Assembly: GCA_044356215.1 (NCBI GenBank)
Contig: JBIKWQ010000003.1
Coordinates: 16,466 to 80,465, forward strand
Length of the DNA stretch: 64,000 bases
Reading direction: 5' to 3'
Origin: Bdellovibrionota bacterium
GTDB lineage: Bacteria > Bdellovibrionota_C > UBA2361 > OMII01
The notes beneath the pieces were generated by a model. It did not search any database. It was given only the letters and a program-made list of their open reading frames with translations, and was not told where the DNA came from. Shown in pieces: positions 29,994-39,292 of the stretch (positions are counted from its first letter, which is position 1; every line of letters starts with the position of its first letter). A program made the translations under genes and the position numbers.

Positions 29994-30176
29994 GGAAGGC
30001 CGGCAAAACCTACCCGTAGCGAGAAAGTGGAGGTTGAGTTGATATTCGATTTTCGAGATGGGAAAAAACCGCAAGTGTATCCACTGTGATACATTGAGGA
30101 TTTTTTCCCATCTCGAAAAGTCGAAGAGCAGCTCAAGATCCGCTTTCGCAGTAGGGAGGGGTTTTGCCGGCCTTCC
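29994..30176. mobile_element. MITE family A copy 1 (183 bp, IS5-like ends)
   Basis: 17-bp terminal inverted repeats (TIRs) GGAAGGCCGGCAAAACC / GGTTTTGCCGGCCTTCC; TTAG on both sides; near-identical copies at 57110 and 60481. Confidence 0.92.
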
Positions 30177-30234
30177 TTAGGTTTCAAACCCTCTATAAGT
30201 ACCCTTTTTCGCGGCTTTCAGCTACAGTCACCTC

Positions 30235-31380
30235 GTGCAACAGCGCCTTAACTGCCAAATTGATGGTCGAGATTCCTGGTCCAAGGCCAGAGCTCTGACG
30301 ATCTCTACTATCCATGGAACCGTAGAGACACCGATATTTATGCCGGTGGCTACCCAAGGCGCGCTGCGCCACATAGATCTCTCCTTCGCTGACGATCTCG
30401 GATACCAGGTATTGCTGGCAAACACATATCACCTAATGATCCGACCTGGCGTTGAACATTTTCAGAGTAACGGCGATCTGCATTCCTTTATGCGTTGGCC
30501 ACGTTCTGTGCTAACCGATTCTGGAGGGTTCCAGCTCTTCTCACTTAGTAAGCAGATCCGCATAACCGAGGAAGGCGCCTCATTCAGAAGCTACACAGAT
30601 GGCCGCAAGATGCTCCTATCGCCCGAAAGCAGCATCGCGACTCAACGAGCGATCGGCAGCGATATCATGATGGTATTAGATCACTGCATCCCGTCGACCT
30701 CACCCATAACGGATCTGCGAAAGGCACTTCAGCTAACTACTCGGTGGGCCAAGAGATCTCTTGAGGCACGCGGAGAGTCCAGGCAGGCGCTCTTTGGAAT
30801 AGTACAAGGTGGTTGCAACCAAGAGCTAAGGAGCGAGAGTGCCTCGGAGATAACTCAATTAGCTTTCGATGGGTTCGCGCTTGGCGGGTTAGCAGTCGGC
30901 GAGACTCGAGCCGAGAGGGAAGATACGATAGAGTTTGCGGCTCCCCTCTTACCAGATGACAGACCCCGCTATGTAATGGGAATAGGCACCCCGATCGATC
31001 TCCTTGAGGCGGTGCGTCGCGGGGCGGATATGTTCGATTGCATCCTGCCGACTGCTTTGGCAACTCAAGGTGTAGCTTTTACGAGCCTAGGAAAAGTGGA
31101 TCTAAGGAGAGGAGTTTACAAAAACGTAAATTCGCCACTTGATAAAGATTGCCCATGCCGAACATGTCAGAGATTCACGAGAGCCTACCTGCATCATTTA
31201 GTTAAAGCGAAGGAATCGATCGTTCAACAGCACATCAGTGTCCATAACCTAACTTTCTACAGGTCTCTGATGCATAGAATGCGCCAGGCTATTCTTGGGA
31301 ATAGCTTTAGCGAAATGTACGGCAAAGAGGCTGATAAGATAGCAGCGATGGATCTTGAGTTTCCAACGGTAACTGAATGA
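30235..31380 (+). CDS. tgt: tRNA-guanine transglycosylase
   Basis: TPIFMPVAT, LANTYHL, LTDSGGFQ, IVQGG, GGLAVGE, DMFDC, zinc motif CPCRTC...H. Confidence 0.95.
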   Translation: MQQRLNCQIDGRDSWSKARALTISTIHGTVETPIFMPVATQGALRHIDLSFADDLGYQVLLANTYHLMIRPGVEHFQSNGDLHSFMRWPRSVLTDSGGFQLFSLSKQIRITEEGASFRSYTDGRKMLLSPESSIATQRAIGSDIMMVLDHCIPSTSPITDLRKALQLTTRWAKRSLEARGESRQALFGIVQGGCNQELRSESASEITQLAFDGFALGGLAVGETRAEREDTIEFAAPLLPDDRPRYVMGIGTPIDLLEAVRRGADMFDCILPTALATQGVAFTSLGKVDLRRGVYKNVNSPLDKDCPCRTCQRFTRAYLHHLVKAKESIVQQHISVHNLTFYRSLMHRMRQAILGNSFSEMYGKEADKIAAMDLEFPTVTE

Positions 31381-31752
31381 CCGCAGCTCTCATATCACTC
31401 ATGGCGGCCGCGACGATCTTTGGGACGAGCGGTTTGTTTGTAAAGTCACTTGGACTTTCCGCGCTTGTGATAGCGTCTTTTAGGTTACTGACTCCTGCTC
31501 TCATCTTATTCGCCACGAGCCCAAAGCTGGGGCTATCAATAATTAAGTCTCCTAGCAGACCTCTTCTATTAGCATCTAACCTTACCGCGCTACGGGTATT
31601 TTTCTGGGTTGTCGCGTTGAAATACGCATCTATCAGTAAATCGGGATGTGCTGTATGTAATTATGCTAGGGGAGGAGCTGACTTATAGAACCGTTGTTGG
31701 TGGCACTTTGATTTTATTATCGGCTTGGTATGCGAGGTACACCCGAGGATGA
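31377..31752 (+). pseudogene. EamA/DMT transporter with internal deletion and frameshift
   Basis: The N-terminal EamA part (..FRLL..ALKYASISKS) joins near 31643, in another frame, the EamA-type C-terminus VIMLGEELTYRTVVGGTLILLSAWYARYTRG*. Confidence 0.75.
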
Positions 31753-31767
31753 GGGGGGTAATCTAGC

Positions 31768-31804
31768 CATGTCGTCGTATACGGTGCCGCATAACGACGA
31801 CATG
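31768..31804. terminator. Hairpin between convergent genes
   Basis: CATGTCGTCGT...ACGACGACATG stem. Confidence 0.55.
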
Positions 31805-31843
31805 CACGTTTCACTCAATAATTACTGGGGAGGTTTATGATTT

Positions 31844-32404
31844 CTATCTGGGCTTTCTCGAAAGTTGCCCCTTGTACTTTACTTGATAGCATACGTAAAA
31901 ATTACCAAGTCGTCTTCCACTCCCTCTCTCTCTACAACCAACATAGATGCTGTGTTCTGCCTTTGCAATTTCATCATTAAATTTGGCAATCTTCGTATCA
32001 AGGTTGAACACTCCACACGCAGCTGCCTGTCTGCCTCTTGGAGTTGGATCCCTGTCTGATGGCGCCGAAACTAGGTTAAAGGCAGGAGGGAGATCTTTAT
32101 ACCTAGACATTAGAAATCCCGTTCCTGGTCTTCCATTTACAGTACCGTTAGCAAGTATATCACTTGATCCACCGAGGCGAGGTCCTTCTACCTCTAGAGG
32201 GAGACTTTTGCCGAAATTTAATTTTCTAGCTTGGTTACAGAATCTACCATCGATTACCACCTGCCTTTTTACAAAATCGACACTCCCAGAAAAGCTCGCA
32301 TTGCCATATTTTTGAGAATCTATCGTATCGATAGTATCCGGCCGTGATTGTGCAAAACAGTTTGAAGATAACAACATACAAACACTTACAATTATCTTTT
32401 TCAC
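31844..32404 (-). CDS. Hypothetical secreted protein
   Basis: GGAGG ribosome-binding site, signal peptide ending CFA-Q, several Cys. Confidence 0.7.
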   Translation of the reverse strand: MKKIIVSVCMLLSSNCFAQSRPDTIDTIDSQKYGNASFSGSVDFVKRQVVIDGRFCNQARKLNFGKSLPLEVEGPRLGGSSDILANGTVNGRPGTGFLMSRYKDLPPAFNLVSAPSDRDPTPRGRQAAACGVFNLDTKIAKFNDEIAKAEHSIYVGCRERGSGRRLGNFYVCYQVKYKGQLSRKPR

Positions 32405-32619
32405 AATACCTCCATATTTATCCGCTCTTATATAATGTAACTTATTGGCAGTATTTTACAAGTCAGTACTGGCCTTGTCAATTAAATAATGCTCACATTT
32501 TACATTATTAGCTAGTATGTTGATTTAATTGGAATCTAGTGCGCGGGCTGACGGCTCTGAAGTATTTTGAGGTCGCGGTGTCCGAACCTAAATTGAACCA
32601 CGGCTGGTACATCCACAGC

Positions 32620-33609
32620 TCATTCAGCATCCCTACCAAAAAACTCCACCACCATCCTCTCAAGCCAGCTATCCCTCATGGTTAAACTATCTATGAATCC
32701 TACATGACCTCCATAGCGAGGCGTCTCTAAAGTAATCAACCTAGAATTACTAGCCTGCTGATAAGGAAAACACTCCGGAGAAAGAAACGGATCATCAAGA
32801 GCTGAAACCAGGAGTAGCGGCACCCTTACTGAATCCAGAAAACGGGAACCACTACACACGTCCCAGTAGTGGTCCACTGAATTAAATCCATGTACTGGTG
32901 CTGTGTAACGGCTGTCGAACTCAGCGAATGAGGTGATATCATCAACGCCACTAGCGTCGATTAAATCTGGAAACATCGCAGCTTTCGATTTAACTCTCTC
33001 CCGTAACGGGCGCATAAGATACTGCATGTACAAACGTCTAGATCGCCGCGCCAAGGTCAACGCCGACCCTCGCAGATCAAGTGGCGCCGATACCGAAACC
33101 GCCGCCATGATCTTGGCCGGTACCGACTTGCCTTGCTCACCCAGATACTTACACAGGATATTTCCGCCGATACTGATCCCGACTAAAAAGATCGAGGACT
33201 CCGGGTAGCACGCGTGCGCGTGGTCTACCACTGCCTTTAGGTCCTCGCTTTTCCCGCTATGATACCAAGATGGAAGCTTGTTCGGTTTAGATCCGCACCC
33301 GCGCATATTCCAGGTTAATGTCAGATAACCCGCTTGAGTTAGCGCCTTAGTTAGTCCAACTACATAACCACTATTAATCGATCCCTCCAGACCGTGGGTG
33401 ATAATGGCTAGCCTATTATCCTTCCGATCGTTTAGGTCCCTCCCGAACCAGGCTAATTCAAGAGAGTCCCCGTCACTTAAATCAAGTGATTCTAATTGGG
33501 GGTGTAATTTATGGCTTTTGGGGCGAAACAGCGCCGGAAATATCGTCTGAATTGAGGGGGAGCGGAGCCAGACTGGGGGAGAAAATGTAGAGACTTCTAA
33601 TGCAGGCAT
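32620..33609 (-). CDS. YheT-like alpha/beta hydrolase
   Basis: HGLEGS, NMRGC, YHSGKSED, GISIGG nucleophile elbow, DDPF, GGHVGF. Start set at ATG 33609 because the upstream extension in the ORF track is element-derived. Confidence 0.9.
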   Translation of the reverse strand: MPALEVSTFSPPVWLRSPSIQTIFPALFRPKSHKLHPQLESLDLSDGDSLELAWFGRDLNDRKDNRLAIITHGLEGSINSGYVVGLTKALTQAGYLTLTWNMRGCGSKPNKLPSWYHSGKSEDLKAVVDHAHACYPESSIFLVGISIGGNILCKYLGEQGKSVPAKIMAAVSVSAPLDLRGSALTLARRSRRLYMQYLMRPLRERVKSKAAMFPDLIDASGVDDITSFAEFDSRYTAPVHGFNSVDHYWDVCSGSRFLDSVRVPLLLVSALDDPFLSPECFPYQQASNSRLITLETPRYGGHVGFIDSLTMRDSWLERMVVEFFGRDAE

Positions 33610-33639
33610 ACCGCATAAGCTAAAAGGGGCTTCCGGATT

Positions 33640-33793
33640 CTGACCGTTACCCACAAGTAGTATTCGAGAGGAAAGATGCGTTGATAATAATCTTGGAATT
33701 AGATCCGTCCTGCCAGGCATGGCTCGACATCTCTAATACTTCACTTTTCCCCTCCCCCTCTTTTCTCTCGCCGCTCTCTTTGTACAAAAAGGA
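33640..33793. mobile_element. Partial copy (one end) of the Tn5/IS50-like element
   Basis: Begins CTGACCGTTACCCACAAGT (15/19 to the Tn5 outside end) and aligns, inverted, with about 53795-53938. Confidence 0.75.
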
Positions 33794-33819
33794 CCTGCTG
33801 AGCTTTTTCATTTAAACAC

Positions 33820-33858
33820 CCGGATTAGGGGCGAGCGATAAACCCGCGCCCTATCCGG
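33820..33858 (-). terminator. Hairpin downstream of nrdB
   Basis: CCGGAT-TAGGGGCG...CGCCCTATCCGG stem 11 bp after the nrdB stop. Confidence 0.55.
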
Positions 33859-33869
33859 CTGCAACCGCT

Positions 33870-34952
33870 CTACCAGGCCAACGATCCCGCTGTCTGATAC
33901 TCAGTTACTCGAGTCTCGAAGAAGTTCTTCTCCTTCCCTAGATCGATCGTCTCACTCATCCAAGGGAATGGGTTCTTCGATCCATACTGGGTCTTTAAGC
34001 CGATGCGCTCTAATCTGCGATCTGCGATGTACTGAACGTAATCACGGAACATCGGAGCAGTTAGACCAAGGATACCACGCGGCAAGCAATCAGAGGCGTA
34101 CTGATACTCAAGCTCAACCGCCTGCTTAATCTTGTTGGTGATATGCTCCTGGAACTCAGGAGACCACAGCTCTGGGTTTTCAGCCTTAATGCTGTTGATC
34201 AGATCAATACCGAAGTTTAAGTGGATCGTCTCATCGCGCAAGATGTACTGGAACTGCTCCCCGATTCCGGTCATCTTATTCTGACGGTGGAACGAGAGAA
34301 TCATCACGAATCCGCTGTAGAAGAAGATACCTTCCATGATTACATAGAAGCCGATCAGGTTCTCAAGGAACTTCTGAGCGCCCTCCTTTGTTGCTGTCGA
34401 GAAATCAGGACGCAGAACATCTTCGGTGAGCTGCATCTCGAATTTATCCTTCTCATTAATTGAGTTTACCTCGTTGTACATGTTGAACACCTCGCCCTGA
34501 TCAAGAGAGAGTGACTCTACGATGTAGTGGAAGGTGTGCGTATGAACCGCCTCCTCAAAAGCCTGACGCAAGAGGTACTGACGGCACTCAGGATTTGTCA
34601 CATGCTTGAAGATAGCCAATGTGATGTTGTTACCTACAAGACTCTCCGCTGTACTGAAGAATCCCAAGTTACGAAGGATCACACGACGCTCATCAGCCGA
34701 TAACTTATCAGACTTCCAGAGCTCGATATCCTTGCCCATCGGAACTTCGCTCGGCAGCCAGTTATTGGCGCAACCATTCAGATAGTGCTCCCACGCCCAC
34801 TTATACTTAAGCGGCATTAGCTGATTAACATCTACCTTAGCGCAATTAATTATGCGCTTATCTGACGCCTTAATGCGCTCACTGTTCTCGCTATCGTCAG
34901 ATCCGTTGTTCCCAGCGCTTCCTGTGCTACCTGCATCATCAAAATTTAACAT
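33870..34952 (-). CDS. nrdB: Ribonucleotide reductase beta subunit, class Ic (R2c, Chlamydia-type)
   Basis: STAESLVG (Glu as first metal ligand), EEAVHTHTF (Phe at the radical-Tyr position), [26 protein letters not shown]. Confidence 0.95.
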   Translation of the reverse strand: MLNFDDAGSTGSAGNNGSDDSENSERIKASDKRIINCAKVDVNQLMPLKYKWAWEHYLNGCANNWLPSEVPMGKDIELWKSDKLSADERRVILRNLGFFSTAESLVGNNITLAIFKHVTNPECRQYLLRQAFEEAVHTHTFHYIVESLSLDQGEVFNMYNEVNSINEKDKFEMQLTEDVLRPDFSTATKEGAQKFLENLIGFYVIMEGIFFYSGFVMILSFHRQNKMTGIGEQFQYILRDETIHLNFGIDLINSIKAENPELWSPEFQEHITNKIKQAVELEYQYASDCLPRGILGLTAPMFRDYVQYIADRRLERIGLKTQYGSKNPFPWMSETIDLGKEKNFFETRVTEYQTAGSLAW

Positions 34953-35003
34953 AATAACCTCTCTTAATTTTTACTAATTATACCAATTACTACTTAATAA
35001 CTA

Positions 35004-38000
35004 TTACTGACAACTCTCACAGTCACCATCTAGCCCGCACACCTTAGGTACAGATGGCTTTGCTACCGTGACCGCCGCTTTTGTAGCTGGCTCTGAGACT
35101 TGCGCCTCATCGACAGCCTTACGCTCCACTACAACTTCAGCTGAGGCCGACTTGTTCTTCATCCAGCGTGGTTGCAAACCGCGCTTGTTGATATCAGTTG
35201 TCGACTTCTCAATCTGAGTCGCTCCGAGCGAACGGAGGTAATAAGTTGTCTTAAGACCCTTTCTCCAGGCGCTCATGTACATCTCGTGGAGCTTCTTACC
35301 GCTAGGCTCAGCAATGTACAGATTTAGCGACTGACCCATATCGATCCACTTCTGGCGACGGCTACCACACTCGATTAGCCATTCTGGCTCGATCTCAAAA
35401 GCTGTCAGGTAGACCTTCTTGAGCTCATCAGGGATACGCTCGATCTCCTGAATTGAGCCGTCGAAGTACTTTAGATCATCGATCATATCCTCATCCCAGA
35501 TGTTGAGCTTCTTTAGCTCATCAACTAGGAACTCGTTATGAACGATAAACTCACCAGACAGGTTCGACTTAGCGTAGAGATGCTTGTAGTTAGGCTCGAT
35601 CGACTGGCTAACTCCTGTAATGTTGGAGATAGTCGCCGTTGGAGCGATCGCCATCGTGTTGCTGTTACGCACGCCGTGCTTCTTAACAGCCTCACGCACC
35701 TTGCTCCAGTCGAGCTTTGTCGATGTGTCGACGTCTACATTATCGCTACCACGCTCATCTACTAGGATCTTGATGGTATCGATCGGCAACAAGCCACGAT
35801 CCCACTTTGATCCCTTATATGAAGAGTAAGCACCGCGCTCAGCAGCCAACTCAGTCGAAGCCAAGATCGCGTAGTACGAGATAGCCTCCATGCTGATATC
35901 AGCGAACTTCACCGCCTCTGGGCTCGCGTAGCTAATGCGCTGCGCGTAGAGAGCATCCTGGAATCCCATGATACCTAAACCGATCGGACGGTGCTTGAGA
36001 TTTGAGCTACGCGCCTCAGCAGTCGGATAGAAGTTGATATCGATTACGTTATCAAGCATCCGCACCGCGGTCTTAACGGTCTTACCGATCAGTTCGATAT
36101 CAAGACCCTCTTTGCCCACGTGTCTGACCAGATTGACAGAACCTAGGTTACACACTGCAGTCTCATCGGCTGATGTGTTTAGTAGGATCTCTGTGCAGAG
36201 GTTTGAGCTGTGCACAACACCTACGTGATCCTGAGGCGATCTTAGGTTCGATGGATCCTTGAAGGTAATCCATGGATGACCTGTCTCGAAGACCATGCTT
36301 AGCATCTTACGCCAGAGCGTTAGAGCCTCGATCCTCTTGAAGAGCTTGATCTCACCCCGCTCTGCTTTAGCCTCATACTCCGCGTAGCGATCCTCGAACT
36401 TCTTGCCATACAAGTCGTGAAGATCTGGTACATCACTTGGGCTAAACAACGTCCACATCCCGTTCTGAGCAACACGCTTCATGAAGAGATCCGGGATCCA
36501 GTTAGCCGTGTTCATATCGTGAGTACGACGACGCTCATCACCGGTATTCTTGCGAAGCTCGAGGAAATCCTCGATATCAAGATGCCAAGTCTCTAGGTAA
36601 GCGCACATAGCTCCCTTACGCTTGCCACCCTGATTAACAGCTACCGCAGTGTCATTAGCTACCTTAAGGAAAGGTATAACACCCTGACTCCTGCCGTTAG
36701 TTCCCTTAATCCGAGCTCCCGTAGCGCGCACGTTAGTCCAATCGTTTCCTAGTCCCCCTGCCCACTTTGAGAGTTGCGCATCATCGGCAACACACTTAAA
36801 GATGTGCTGAAGATCATCCATCACGGTTGTGAGGTAGCACGAGCTTAGCTGCGGATGTAGAGTTCCGGCGTTAAACAACGTTGGGGTACTTGATGTGAAG
36901 AGGAACTTGGAGAGCACATCGTAGAACTCAATAGCGCGCTCATTCTTCTTAGCGCCCTCGTTAACACTCAATCCCATCGCTACGCGCATCCAGAAGATCT
37001 GAGGTGTCTCTAGTCGCACATCCTCGTGGTGGATCAGATAGCGATCGTAAAGGGTCTGCAAACCGAGGTACTGAAACTGAAGATCGCGCTCGAGCTTAAT
37101 CGCCTTGGCTAGCTTATCTAAATCGAAATCTAGTAGCTCTGGCGCCATGCGCTCCACTGAAACACCCTTCTTTAAGCACGCCTTGAAGTAATCTTGGTGG
37201 GCCTTCTCAAGGTTCTTATTGTAACCATCGACGTTCATAGTCTCGCGATAGATGATATCGAGAAGCAGACGCGCCGCTACTAAGGAGTATGCTGGATCCT
37301 TCTCAATCTTCGACCTCGCCGCCATGATGTTGGCTTGATCGATCTCCTCTAGCTTAATTCCCTGGTAGAAGTTCTTGATAGACTCTTGAAGGATCTCCTC
37401 GCCAGAAACTAGATTCTCTAGCCCCGCGCAAGCGTACTGAATACGCGAACGCAACTGACCTTCGGTAATCTGAAGCTCTTCTCCCTTCGCTCCCGAAACC
37501 TTAAAGGTCTGGCCGGCATCAACTGGAGCGACTAACTCGCGAACCTCAACCTTAGCTGTCGCTGGCTGCTCAGTCTCTAGCATCCGCTGCGCGGCGCGCT
37601 GAGCTCGATAAATGATAAAGTCCTTGGCTACCTGATAGTACCCCTCGGCCATCATCTGGCGCTCGACTTCGTCCTGAATCAACTCTACATGTAACTCAGT
37701 GCCTTCGCGCGATAGCTGCTTAGCGCGAGCTACTACTTTGTTAGTTAAAAGGTTAACGGAGTCGATAACCTCTTGTGATGTTGGACCATCGATCTTCATT
37801 GACGCCCGAAAAGCGCGCTCGAGCGCTGAAGCGATCTTCATCGGATTAAAACGAACTACTGTTGAACCATCACGGCGGGTGATCTTTAAGCTGCGAGGGG
37901 AGTCATCGCGAGCGGACTTGTGCTCATCGCGGTAGATGATGTAGTTGCGCGCCACATCATAGAGCTCTGCCTGCATTAACTTAACTTCTACAGTGTCCTG

Positions 38001-38315
38001 GATCCCCTCTACGGTAACGCAGGCACCCTTGGCGGCTTCGATAGCTACTGCCTCAACTACCTCGTTGGTTACCTGTTGGGCCACGCTGTAAAGATTCTGC
38101 GGAAGGGGCGCGCTTGGGGCTATCGAGTTGGTGGCGCGCAGAGCAAGCTCAATCGCTCTAAAGATCCTAGAACGGCGGAAAGGAACTAGCTGACCATCCC
38201 TTTTTACTACCGTACAGTTCTCTAGCTCAGCCGCAGATATCGCCTGAACCCCCTTCTTGGCTAAGAGTCCGTTTAACTGTCCACTCCCTTGCATCTCTCC
38301 CGCTGCTACTGTCAT
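35004..38315 (-). CDS. nrdA: Ribonucleotide reductase alpha subunit with multiple N-terminal ATP-cones
   Basis: VVKRDG and ITRRDG ATP-cones plus a degenerate third; STPTLFN, SSCYL, SSNLCTEI, VCNLGS, TTYYLR, C-terminal CESCQ. Confidence 0.96.
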   Translation of the reverse strand: MTVAAGEMQGSGQLNGLLAKKGVQAISAAELENCTVVKRDGQLVPFRRSRIFRAIELALRATNSIAPSAPLPQNLYSVAQQVTNEVVEAVAIEAAKGACVTVEGIQDTVEVKLMQAELYDVARNYIIYRDEHKSARDDSPRSLKITRRDGSTVVRFNPMKIASALERAFRASMKIDGPTSQEVIDSVNLLTNKVVARAKQLSREGTELHVELIQDEVERQMMAEGYYQVAKDFIIYRAQRAAQRMLETEQPATAKVEVRELVAPVDAGQTFKVSGAKGEELQITEGQLRSRIQYACAGLENLVSGEEILQESIKNFYQGIKLEEIDQANIMAARSKIEKDPAYSLVAARLLLDIIYRETMNVDGYNKNLEKAHQDYFKACLKKGVSVERMAPELLDFDLDKLAKAIKLERDLQFQYLGLQTLYDRYLIHHEDVRLETPQIFWMRVAMGLSVNEGAKKNERAIEFYDVLSKFLFTSSTPTLFNAGTLHPQLSSCYLTTVMDDLQHIFKCVADDAQLSKWAGGLGNDWTNVRATGARIKGTNGRSQGVIPFLKVANDTAVAVNQGGKRKGAMCAYLETWHLDIEDFLELRKNTGDERRRTHDMNTANWIPDLFMKRVAQNGMWTLFSPSDVPDLHDLYGKKFEDRYAEYEAKAERGEIKLFKRIEALTLWRKMLSMVFETGHPWITFKDPSNLRSPQDHVGVVHSSNLCTEILLNTSADETAVCNLGSVNLVRHVGKEGLDIELIGKTVKTAVRMLDNVIDINFYPTAEARSSNLKHRPIGLGIMGFQDALYAQRISYASPEAVKFADISMEAISYYAILASTELAAERGAYSSYKGSKWDRGLLPIDTIKILVDERGSDNVDVDTSTKLDWSKVREAVKKHGVRNSNTMAIAPTATISNITGVSQSIEPNYKHLYAKSNLSGEFIVHNEFLVDELKKLNIWDEDMIDDLKYFDGSIQEIERIPDELKKVYLTAFEIEPEWLIECGSRRQKWIDMGQSLNLYIAEPSGKKLHEMYMSAWRKGLKTTYYLRSLGATQIEKSTTDINKRGLQPRWMKNKSASAEVVVERKAVDEAQVSEPATKAAVTVAKPSVPKVCGLDGDCESCQ

Positions 38316-38478
38316 ACCGCCCTTATTCCCTTTCTATCGTTTTATCAGTCCTTGTTAGCACCTGATATCAACTAGTTAACGCCGCTTTAGACAATGAGGT
38401 ACCGTTCGCTTATTTCTAAGCGTTTTTCGGACCCACCGTTGCACTTCTAAATGTAATATTAGTTTTTAGAGCAACCAA

Positions 38479-38526
38479 CTACTATATGTAGTAGCCACTC
38501 AACGAACCAACCACAATATATATGTA
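38479..38526. promoter_or_regulatory. Tandem NrdR boxes
   Basis: CTACTATATGTAGTAG (38479) and CCACAATATATATGTA (38511, weaker), 32 bp apart upstream of nrdA; compare consensus acaCwAtATaTwGtgt. Confidence 0.8.
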
Positions 38527-38805
38527 CGAGGTTGGCAATAAAGTTGTCCATACGAAAATGTATGCTTACCGCAAAAAAAATATTTTTGCGGGCTAAGCTC
38601 CACTAAGAACTACGCTTTTCAAAATGAAACTGCTTTCTATCTTTGTGCGGCCTACCAGAAAGGCCTCTCTGAATCCTAATCCGCTCGATTAAGTCACTAA
38701 TATAGCTACATTTTTATCTTTTTATGGATCTAGCGGATATGTACACCTAATATTTTTCAAATTTAGTTTGAAAACCAGGTCTATTGGCATTACCTCTCTT
38801 TTGTG

Positions 38806-39216
38806 TCACCGCTGCGGCGATAGCTCCTTGGCCCGCTCGAAACCGAAGTTCTCGAGGTACCACAAGATCCCCTCGACATTTGACTCATCTGATCCGTGAC
38901 ACGCGCACGATACGTACTGAATCACATCATCAAAGCTGGCCGTTAGATCTTTAAAACCCAGCCACTGATAAACCTCAACTATTCGCGAGATCCACTCAGA
39001 CAAGCTGAAATCACTACATTGCGCGCGCTCAAAGAGATCCGGTAACGCCGAACTTGCGGTCGGTGTCCCCTTACATTCTTTGTAAGTGTAGCGCGCGAAC
39101 TTTGAGGCTAGCTCCGCTGAGATAACGCTAAAGGCCTCTCTTTGATAAGTGTTAAGTCGCGCAAGCGAGAAAGAAGTCTCTAATATCTCTAACGAGTCCA
39201 TTCGGCTCTCTCTCAT
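38806..39216 (-). CDS. Hypothetical protein
   Basis: ORF downstream of metH with protein-like composition; no recognised motif; start uncertain. Confidence 0.55.
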   Translation of the reverse strand: MRESRMDSLEILETSFSLARLNTYQREAFSVISAELASKFARYTYKECKGTPTASSALPDLFERAQCSDFSLSEWISRIVEVYQWLGFKDLTASFDDVIQYVSCACHGSDESNVEGILWYLENFGFERAKELSPQR

Positions 39217-39292
39217 AAATCGCGCGGCAAAAACGTACGGACAACTTGTTCTATCGACGAAAACGCCGCGGCTCAATCAGACACCGAACTCC

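Noticed and set aside
29990..30187. ORFs containing SSMYH(S/R)GYTCGFFPSRKSNINSTSTFSLRVGF (also in 56573-57253 and 60258-60680)
   Set aside because: These are read-throughs of MITE A, not a protein family.
33779..33791. TTTGTACAAAAAG resembling a Gateway attB1 core
   Set aside because: The flanks do not match attB1; it is part of the dispersed native repeat.
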